DNA of 64,000 nucleotides from Saprospiraceae bacterium (lineage in GTDB: Bacteria; Bacteroidota; Bacteroidia; Chitinophagales; Saprospiraceae). Below the pieces are notes generated by a model. That model made no database searches and had not been told where the DNA came from. It was given only the letters and a program-made list of their open reading frames with translations. The stretch covers positions 2,073 through 66,072 of the forward strand of contig JAWXAW010000076.1 in NCBI GenBank assembly GCA_034439675.1, read 5' to 3'. Shown one piece after another: positions 57,601 to 64,000 of this stretch (positions are counted from its first letter, which is position 1; the number at the start of each line of letters is the position of its first letter). The translations under genes and the position numbers were made by a program.

Positions 57601-59869
57601 GTTGATCAGTGATACTCCATGAGCCGGGGTCACCTGCCTCAAGTAACACAGAGAGATCAAGCATATCGCTAAAAGCACACAATGCTGCTATTGGAGGATT
57701 GGTTTCCAGCTCTGGACAATCACACAAAATGATATCCACAGGAATATTGTACGTGATCTGTCCGCACTCTGGAAATACACTCTGGATAATCACTGAAACA
57801 ATAAAAAACTGGTTGTTTATATCTCCAGGTCCCGGTGTATACGTTACCCTGGTATTACTTTCGACCAATAATGTACCATCACCTGCCGAACTCCAGATAG
57901 CTGTGTTATACGGTCCTTCAATATCAATCTCAATGACCAGGCTATCCCCGTCACAGATTTCAAGGTCAAGCGGTATATCGACAGATGGAGCTTCAACGAT
58001 TGTCAGCTCAAGTGGTTCACTGGAGATCAGGCATGCATCAGGATCAACAGGCACAAAAAACAAAATCACCATACCTGCTGCTATGTCAACAGGACCGGGT
58101 GTATAAATAGTGCTTTCAACAAAAGGGTCATCAAACACACCATCTCCGGTTGTTTCCCAATTACATGGTTCATTACTGCCTGTGATCTGTGCGAAAATGG
58201 CAGCAACATCATTATTACATATAGTTAAGGGCGTATTAACTTCAATGATCAAAGAGGGTTCAATGAAGACCGTAAGACTTGCTTCTGAAGGTATACATGA
58301 ACCGTTCGGATCCATCCCTAAAAGGGTAAGCGTTACCTGTTCATTTGCAATGTCGCCAGGACCCGGAGTATACATGGTAGTGAGGTCTGCAGGATCATCG
58401 AAACTACCATCTCCATCTGTTGTCCAGAGTGATTCTGTAGCGGATCCTCCAATAGATCCTGAAATCGTTACAATTTCACCTGCACAAATGGTCTGGTCAG
58501 CTCCAGTAGATGAAGAAGGAGCATCAATAAACGTAAGGGTAACAGAAGCTGGATCCACTGTGACGGGACAGCCGGATGCACTCACCATTGAAACAATTGT
58601 AACCGTAGCAGTGATACCTACAGCAAGTTCGGGCACATTTAAAATTCCTGTTACCGGATCAAAGGATGGGAAAAAGCCTTCCAGACAGATAAGCATAGAT
58701 TGCCCGTTGGCCACCGGCAGGTCATTAATTTGAAAAGGAGGGAAAAGAGAAGCCATGACGACGATATCGGCCTCAAAAGGGGTATCATCACCGACAATTG
58801 TAAAATTGATTTCAGTAGGATCATCCGGGCAATTGCCTGCACACACATCTCCACCACCTGATAGCATAGCTTCAGGGCAACTGATTTCCAAACCATAGAA
58901 TGGTGTAAAAATATCAAGGCAGACACCGGATGGTGGTGGATCGATTATTCCTGTTATCCAGTAATCTCCTCCACCCATTGTCTCACAAAAGTTAGCAGGT
59001 ACTGTCCAGACGAAATTATCAAATAAAGCAGCAGGCGGCATAAATGCCGGTATGTCGACAACAGGTATTACATCTGCGAAAACACCAGTGCCTGTATTAG
59101 CCCAACCCCATCCATCAACAGGATTGGCAGGTGGTTGATAATCCAGGCTCAACGCATATTGGCAGGTAGTCCCGGTGATATCGATCATGACAGGACATGA
59201 TGTGCAAGGCGAATTATTATCAAAATATCCCCCTGTACATGCCCCCGTTCCATCATAGGATATGATGTACACCGGAAGTCCGCTCGCGCATAAATTATCA
59301 CTATCGATAAATACATTATTTGCTGTGCTACTCTGAATAATCAGGATAGCATTAGGTGGCACGGGACCTGGAGGAAGCGCAATGCCACAACTGAAGTTTG
59401 CTGCATTACCGGCAATATAACTATCCCATTGAAAAGTACCAGGGCCGAGATTTGACACGAGGATATCAACAGTATTAAAACCACCGGAACCGGTCCAAAG
59501 CACCATAAATTCATCACATTGATCACCTGATCCACCAACTTGGGTGTTATCAGGATTGACCATGATATACAGGACCTGTGGAGGATCAACGCAAGGATCA
59601 GCCTGAGCAGGTACTGACCCTATCAATGTTCCTTCTCCGATATAAGGATTAAAGGTGCCACTAACTCCGATGTACCATTCTACCGTACTTCCCGGATCTA
59701 TGTTTAGTCCGGCGACTGAAAGAATAACAGCCTCGCCCTCACACAGTGGTTCCAGGTTTCCAGATATTGACGAGGTGGTAAATTGGGGGCACTGCGCAAA
59801 GGCGGAATGCCAAACCAAAAAACTAGCTATACGCAATAGCAGCGGAATACTTACCCTTTTATTTCTCAT
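54608..59869 (-). CDS. Giant (1753 aa) adhesin-like protein with a T9SS type-B C-terminal domain
   Basis: Signal peptide present. At least three ~190-aa repeated modules (C.CP...GxPGSW...GxYxLxYTL...GCP) and about five TxGDGxFxD...YTPG modules. A SprB-type repeat (CPGNIDGQLVV...GTPPYLIQI...GEHVVSITDMIGC). C-terminal FYIPNIFSPDGDLINDEM...IFDRWG...WDG...GVYVYKL. Confidence 0.9.
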   Translation of the reverse strand: MRNKRVSIPLLLRIASFLVWHSAFAQCPQFTTSSISGNLEPLCEGEAVILSVAGLNIDPGSTVEWYIGVSGTFNPYIGEGTLIGSVPAQADPCVDPPQVLYIMVNPDNTQVGGSGDQCDEFMVLWTGSGGFNTVDILVSNLGPGTFQWDSYIAGNAANFSCGIALPPGPVPPNAILIIQSSTANNVFIDSDNLCASGLPVYIISYDGTGACTGGYFDNNSPCTSCPVMIDITGTTCQYALSLDYQPPANPVDGWGWANTGTGVFADVIPVVDIPAFMPPAALFDNFVWTVPANFCETMGGGDYWITGIIDPPPSGVCLDIFTPFYGLEISCPEAMLSGGGDVCAGNCPDDPTEINFTIVGDDTPFEADIVVMASLFPPFQINDLPVANGQSMLICLEGFFPSFDPVTGILNVPELAVGITATVTIVSMVSASGCPVTVDPASVTLTFIDAPSSSTGADQTICAGEIVTISGSIGGSATESLWTTDGDGSFDDPADLTTMYTPGPGDIANEQVTLTLLGMDPNGSCIPSEASLTVFIEPSLIIEVNTPLTICNNDVAAIFAQITGSNEPCNWETTGDGVFDDPFVESTIYTPGPVDIAAGMVILFFVPVDPDACLISSEPLELTIVEAPSVDIPLDLEICDGDSLVIEIDIEGPYNTAIWSSAGDGTLLVESNTRVTYTPGPGDINNQFFIVSVIIQSVFPECGQITYNIPVDIILCDCPELETNPPIAALCAFSDMLDLSVLLEAGDPGSWSITDQPPGLNPATVSGSVFSTNISDPGLYTVTYTLNAPEPGCPPSSSEVIMVDQVVDPDAGPDVSFCGPQAVMLDGSITPSGPYTIFWETSGDGLFGDNNSLVTTYTPGTQDSIAPGFYLFLNVLDPLCGNQSDTITLFFNQPPFAVFVNDTVTICNIVANGSVINFPALITDGDALGTWTNVSGVPVDFTNPASVDFNGIAEGVYVFQYQTNSASSPCAETIYDIIISVEDCLCPLLVVQNLPSGLCNSMPSLQLDAFVQAGAPGSWQIFSGPPGSNPGTLTGSTFIINGCDPGTYGLRFTFDAAPLVGCPDSAEIEIFIQELPTLSILGDTSTCGLSSVQFNAIIGGSATGVVWSTSGLGVFGDPLALNTFYFPSVFDVASAQINLIASAIDTFGFCVVPEDTIILFLVNPPSTTFSALADTLCNHPDSGSVINLSSFIVQGDGTGLWSDFDDAMVDLSNPSNVDFAGVLPGNYRFVYITQTAAAPCSDSTYVFNVVVEDCSCPPLILDNVGVEICQNEILDLDDQIILADPGGWMVSNGPAGGTWPTISGSQISTSGATAGNYTLTYTLNTSVAGCPASSDIPFIIEESPFITVVDIECDSAQLSYEVLVQTNAASLNADFGDVTTAGTGQFRIANISMDQDIIVMVSSASGLCAASLFIPAPDCNCTLFTEDIADTITFCPGDTFVLIPIVTGAQGLPFSTWITPDGTKMQPTLPLYEEGLYIWIVRDMGGCEERDTFNAEFIGPEGALINSIPPTCPGNIDGQLVVESITDGTPPYLIQIDNGMSTPVNQLPYIIQNVGLGEHVVSITDMIGCTIEIPANVSDQNFGTVDLGSDETIQKGDSVLIAPTAEGIVVSTVSWNPSFPGLGIEEFWFGPEVTTLVSVIVEDTAGCLYEDELLITVIEKETFYIPNIFSPDGDLINDEMEVITNLPEERLVSLEIFDRWGSLLHGQYGNVPFKWDGSVREDKVPSGVYVYKLLWKDLNGKNKVKVGDITVMR

Positions 59870-59965
59870 AAATATGTGCCAAAGGTAAGTATAGTCCTGA
59901 GGTTAATCTAATGACATCTGGAGAGCATACGAGTGGACTGTAAACTCCAGGAAAAGTGAAACTCG

Positions 59966-60748
59966 CTACTCAGTTCTCAACTTATAGACCATCGGGCCGA
60001 TTGACCTGCCTCCCTTCATATCCGGAGTAGGTGGCTCGACACGATATAGCTCTATTGCCATTTTACCTTCAATGGATTTAAAGGCAAAAGTCTGTATAGC
60101 CCCCTTCTGGTCTATTAAATCAATTGTGCGTGAAGCAGGGTCAGTTTCCTCGAGACAGTCTCCTGCATAACACAATGTATAGGCAAGAAAAGGCTTAAAC
60201 CCGTTAAGCTGGCCGTTTGGCATAATAGTAACCTGGTGAGCGGCCAGGTTTCCATTTTCAAACAAGGCATATTCGCCCGTCAGGATACACTCATTGAGAA
60301 AATATTCAAAACTTACATTTTCACCTTCTCGAGGGACCACTTTTTTGAATGCTGAGTAGCCCGTTAGTTTAGTCCAGGCAGTATCTATTAGTTGAATTGA
60401 AGTATCTCCACTTAGAATGAAATATATATCACCGAATAAGGAAGCGCCTGAAATTTTAAAGGTACATCCATCCGCAGCCAGTGAAAAGGGAAGACTAAAT
60501 TTTTCAAATCCATTATCAATCAGCACGCTATCGTTGTCCCGAAAATTAAGTTCCAGACAAAAATGCGGTATATCAGCAGGCATTTTATCCGGACACTTTT
60601 CCAGTACGGTAGCATTGACAAATTTACCTATTGGGGGAGCGCATGGCTCCAGGGTTTTTGAACCGACAAAAGTGCATGCCTCCATTAAGAAAACGAAAGC
60701 TAATGCAAGTTGGCTCAGTATCTCACCTCTGGAGTTATGTATTTTCAT
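59966..60748 (-). CDS. Hypothetical secreted protein or lipoprotein
   Basis: 260 aa with an N-terminal hydrophobic segment containing Cys (FVFLMEAC). Its start overlaps the upstream gene stop by 4 nt (ATGA). No family was recognised. Confidence 0.5.
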   Translation of the reverse strand: MKIHNSRGEILSQLALAFVFLMEACTFVGSKTLEPCAPPIGKFVNATVLEKCPDKMPADIPHFCLELNFRDNDSVLIDNGFEKFSLPFSLAADGCTFKISGASLFGDIYFILSGDTSIQLIDTAWTKLTGYSAFKKVVPREGENVSFEYFLNECILTGEYALFENGNLAAHQVTIMPNGQLNGFKPFLAYTLCYAGDCLEETDPASRTIDLIDQKGAIQTFAFKSIEGKMAIELYRVEPPTPDMKGGRSIGPMVYKLRTE

Positions 60749-61461
60749 CTTTTTCTGGATTCCTTTTTAATATCCCTTCGTTCATCCGCCGAATAGATAT
60801 TTCCTAGTTTCTTGATCAGTGAAACAATCGTAGTGGCCACCATGGCTCCAAGGAAAGCCAGGAACACATCCTTCTGGGCATCCCAGATATCACCTTGTGT
60901 TCCCAGGTAGGCATCGCCTTGCTCCGGAAAAAAAACATCCGCAACGCCCCACTCGATCAATTCATAAAATGCACCAATGGATAAGGCTAGTTCAATAGGT
61001 AAAGACCATGCAACCCATCTCGGAAATTTAAACCACTTCAAAAACAATTCCCGCATCGGATAAGCAAGCAGGGACCCAAAACCAAAATGTACTATCCGGT
61101 CATAATGATTCCTCGACCAGTTAAATTGATCCTGTAACCAGTATCCAAATGGATTCTCCGCGTAGGTATACTTGGACCCATAGACGTGTAAACAAAGATA
61201 TACGCAAAGTAAGAGATAGCTCAGGTCACTAAACTGGTATTTCCGGTAAGTGTATACCAACACGGGTAAAAATAAAAAGACCAGGAGGTTTTCGAGCATC
61301 CAATTCGAGATGTCGGTAGTACCCATAAAAGAATTGACCCAGACCAAGAGAAAAACAAGGATGAATCCTATCACCCAATAATTGGATCTCAGTGGATTCC
61401 TGTGTGTCGAAATAGCAACGGTGAAAGACATTGGTGCAAGGGATAGTTGGTTGGACAACAA
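60745..61461 (-). CDS. Polytopic inner-membrane protein, DUF2238/YjdF-like (tentative)
   Basis: 238 aa with about 6-7 TM helices. The RNHYDRIVHFGFGSL segment resembles the DUF2238 core. The assignment is from memory only. Confidence 0.45.
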   Translation of the reverse strand: MLSNQLSLAPMSFTVAISTHRNPLRSNYWVIGFILVFLLVWVNSFMGTTDISNWMLENLLVFLFLPVLVYTYRKYQFSDLSYLLLCVYLCLHVYGSKYTYAENPFGYWLQDQFNWSRNHYDRIVHFGFGSLLAYPMRELFLKWFKFPRWVAWSLPIELALSIGAFYELIEWGVADVFFPEQGDAYLGTQGDIWDAQKDVFLAFLGAMVATTIVSLIKKLGNIYSADERRDIKKESRKR

Positions 61462-61517
61462 TGATACAGCTAATTTCTAAGTCAAGCAATACCTACCTGC
61501 CTGCTGAAATTCATAGC

Positions 61518-61745
61518 CTACATTTTTTTGCATGGGCCCTTCGTATAAACCTTGATACCAGCGCATTCCGCTGCACATGCATTGCTATAGGTTTTGTTGT
61601 TACAACCGCAGACAGGATCATACTGCATGGTGCAGACACAATCTGCAACTGGTTGCTCTATACACCTTTTGGTGATGCAACTGCCTAGACTAACCAGCAG
61701 AAAAAATTGTAGGAGAAGAGTACGTGTAAGGAATGCTGTTTTCAT
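61518..61745 (-). CDS. Small lipoprotein with a Kazal-type serine protease inhibitor domain
   Basis: The signal/lipobox is LLVSLGSC. CTMQYDPVCGCNNKTYSNACAAEC fits the PROSITE Kazal pattern C-x(7)-C-x(6)-Y-x(3)-C-x(2,3)-C position by position, and a final Cys lies in GPC. Confidence 0.7.
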   Translation of the reverse strand: MKTAFLTRTLLLQFFLLVSLGSCITKRCIEQPVADCVCTMQYDPVCGCNNKTYSNACAAECAGIKVYTKGPCKKM

Positions 61746-61825
61746 GCTATAAGGTTACCTTTTATTTGTAAAGTTAAAAGGTAATCTTATAGCATGTATT
61801 CACAATTAGCCGGGGTATTGAAAAA

Positions 61826-64000
61826 TCAGAACTTTTCAGCCCACCAGTATTTGACATTGTGTCCTACCAGGTACATCGCTGGCAAAATAACAAGCGTAAT
61901 AAAGGTTGCAAATCCGAGTCCAAAAATGATGGTCCAGGACAATGGGCCCCAAAACGCAACGCTATCACCTCCCAGGAAAATCTTAGGATCACCTGTAGAA
62001 AGCAAACTAGCAAAGTCAATGTTGAATCCAATAGCCAAAGGCATTAATCCAAGGATAGCTGCTGTTGCCGTTAGTAAAACCGGGGTCATCCGAATTCGGC
62101 CTGCTTCAATAATGGCCTCCTTAACCCCGAACCCCTCATGTCGGAGTTTGTCCGTAAACTCAACGAGCAGGATTCCATTCCGCACCACAATTCCAGCTAA
62201 CGCTACAATCCCTACCCCCATCATAATCACCACAAAATCCATGTTAAAAATGGCCATGCCTAATAAAACCCCGATGACAGAAAAAACAACTTCCGTCATA
62301 ATGATCAGGGTCTTTCCGATCGAATTAAACTGGGCAACCAGGATGAGTAAGATGATAAAAATAGAGATCACAAGCGATCGTCCAAGGAAATTGATAGCAT
62401 CAAGCATTTCAGCATCTTCTCCGGCAAAGCCAATAGTAACGCCTTCCTGTTGTGGTATCTGTGCAATAGCGTCTTTGACAGCATTGACTACCTGAGTCTG
62501 TTTAGGTTGAAACGCTGCAGTGATGTTAGAGGATATCGTAACAATGCGCTCAAGATCTTTCCTTCTTACACCTCCGAATGTATTCGTATACTTGATATCC
62601 GCCAGCGATCCCATAGGAATAGAGCGCAATATGCCGCCCATGTTCATATCTCTAAAAGTAATGTTGAGATTCTCAACTGCATTTATATTAGTGCGTTGGT
62701 CTTCTTTCAGGCGTATCATTACAGGTATCTCATCTTCTCCATCTCTGAATTTAGTAGCCTCCCTACCCAGGATGGCTGTTCTGAATTCAGATCCGATCTG
62801 AAGGGTACTGACACCTTCTCTGTTGGCACGATCCCGATCGATGTCGATACTGATTTCAGGCTTGCTCACGATCATATCGCTACGGAGTTCTTCAACCCCT
62901 GGAATAGCAAGTGAGTCAAGGTAATGATGTACCAACCTGGAAGCAGCTATCAATTGTCCAAAATCATCTCCGATAATTTCAACAGAAATTGGTTTAGGTG
63001 TAGGTGGGCCACCTTGCTCCTGGTCCACTACGATTTCTGCACCGGGAATAATATCCTTGGTAGCGTTACGGATTTTGTCCATGTAATCTTTTGTGTTGAC
63101 CCCATTCCGTTTGCTGAACTCAACAAAAGCCACTCCAACTTTTCCTTTATTAGATGTCGCGGCACGGTCAAACTGGTCCTCAGAAGCACCAAGGGCTACA
63201 TTGGTAATCACCGACTCTACAATCGGATTATTTTCTCCAAGGGTCTCTATGACTTTTGATTCCATTACGCTGGTCAGGGAATCCGTTACATTGACATCGG
63301 TTCCTACAGGTAAAGTAAGGTAGACATAAATAAAATTAGGATCAGCTTTCGGAAAAAGCACAATATTCGATTGCCTTGTCAAAGTGATCCCGCATGAAGC
63401 AAACAAAAGTATTGTCATACCAAAAAGAAGTTTCCAGGGATGACGCAATGCCCATGTAAGAAATCCTGCATACCTCGCTTGTATTCCTGGCCAGCCTTTC
63501 CGCTGAAACCATTTTACACCTTTCGATAAAACATATTTATATAAGAATGCAAATACGATACAGACCAAAACAAAATTACCCATGCCAATATTTCCAGACA
63601 TATAGAAGGCAACAGTGGTGAGCACTAATAATGCATATCCAAAAATCCTTCTTCTTTTTTGTTTAACTGGATCAATTACTTTCCCCTCTCTTACAGGATC
63701 GCCCATAAACCAAACCGCAAAAACTGGATTGATCACATATGCTACAAGGAGTGAAGCCGTAAGTGTAATAATGATGGTGACCGGGAGATAATGCATAAAC
63801 TTTCCAAAAATGCCTCCCCAGAAGACCAATGGAAAGAATGGCGCCAGCGTAGTAGCCGTACCGGACAATACAGGTAAAAATACTTCACCGGCCGCTTTCT
63901 TTGCTGCTTGAACAATTGTCAACTTTGGCTCATCATGATAAATACGGTGTGTATTTTCCATGACGACAATAGCATCATCAACGACAATACCTAAGGCAAG
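61826..64000 (-). CDS. RND efflux transporter permease (AcrB/CzcA-type), 3' portion. The 5' end lies beyond the window.
   Basis: The frame stays open to nt 64000 and reads ...LALGIVVDDAIVVMENTHR, the conserved RND motif. There are 12-TM-type hydrophobic blocks and large periplasmic loops. Confidence 0.92.
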   Translation of the reverse strand, partial: LALGIVVDDAIVVMENTHRIYHDEPKLTIVQAAKKAAGEVFLPVLSGTATTLAPFFPLVFWGGIFGKFMHYLPVTIIITLTASLLVAYVINPVFAVWFMGDPVREGKVIDPVKQKRRRIFGYALLVLTTVAFYMSGNIGMGNFVLVCIVFAFLYKYVLSKGVKWFQRKGWPGIQARYAGFLTWALRHPWKLLFGMTILLFASCGITLTRQSNIVLFPKADPNFIYVYLTLPVGTDVNVTDSLTSVMESKVIETLGENNPIVESVITNVALGASEDQFDRAATSNKGKVGVAFVEFSKRNGVNTKDYMDKIRNATKDIIPGAEIVVDQEQGGPPTPKPISVEIIGDDFGQLIAASRLVHHYLDSLAIPGVEELRSDMIVSKPEISIDIDRDRANREGVSTLQIGSEFRTAILGREATKFRDGEDEIPVMIRLKEDQRTNINAVENLNITFRDMNMGGILRSIPMGSLADIKYTNTFGGVRRKDLERIVTISSNITAAFQPKQTQVVNAVKDAIAQIPQQEGVTIGFAGEDAEMLDAINFLGRSLVISIFIILLILVAQFNSIGKTLIIMTEVVFSVIGVLLGMAIFNMDFVVIMMGVGIVALAGIVVRNGILLVEFTDKLRHEGFGVKEAIIEAGRIRMTPVLLTATAAILGLMPLAIGFNIDFASLLSTGDPKIFLGGDSVAFWGPLSWTIIFGLGFATFITLVILPAMYLVGHNVKYWWAEKF

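Noticed and set aside
57609-58733. Long + strand ORFs (165 and 207 aa) antisense to the 1753-aa adhesin gene. Similar cases are 31141-31812, 14460-15140, 61794-62495, 39042-39416 and 41011-41891.
   Set aside because: All lie entirely inside much longer, motif-supported genes on the other strand. Their products are low-complexity Ser/Pro/Ile-rich strings with no recognisable domains. This is typical of shadow ORFs.
1-64000. tRNA, rRNA, tmRNA, RNase P and SRP RNA genes
   Set aside because: Scanning intergenic regions by eye found no GGTTCGAATCC-type T-arm motifs or other hallmark sequences. A proper tRNAscan-SE or Infernal run would be needed to exclude them formally.

Overview
The window looks like a chromosomal segment of a Bacteroidota genome, probably a Saprospiria- or Cytophagia-like gliding bacterium. 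Support for this: four very large secreted proteins carry type IX secretion (T9SS) C-terminal domains, two type A and two type B. There is also a PorP/SprF gene, a bacillithiol bshC gene, and TAnnTTTG-type promoter motifs.

Most of the roughly 50 genes are ordinary housekeeping genes: tpiA, ppk1, an ABC-F ATPase, folE-fabD-yqgE, accD, nnr, cobB, pyrE, queE, yggS, peptidases, and the 3' part of an RND pump. The huge adhesin-like T9SS cargo genes and two sortilin/BNR paralogs are interspersed among them. I saw no rRNA, tRNA, CRISPR array, intact mobile element, or recognisable defence or toxin module.

I did not find convincing evidence for a new multi-gene system. The most unusual items are:
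- A 428-bp tandem array of about 72-95-bp hairpin-bearing repeats lies between co-directional genes at 20.9-21.3 kb. Diverged solo copies occur elsewhere in the window.
- Eight exact-period 16-bp tandem repeats end in a 28-bp-stem hairpin at 40.6-40.7 kb.
- An AT-rich island at 16.2-19.0 kb encodes an orphan 473-aa helical protein and a small Cys-containing secreted protein.
- A split DsrMK/Hdr-like membrane Fe-S gene pair has unknown function.
- A cassette encodes a type-B T9SS cargo, a PorE-like OmpA protein, and PorP/SprF.
- A small lipoprotein fully matches the Kazal protease-inhibitor cysteine pattern and sits downstream of the RND pump.

All protein calls rest on motifs read from the supplied translations. 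No database search was run.
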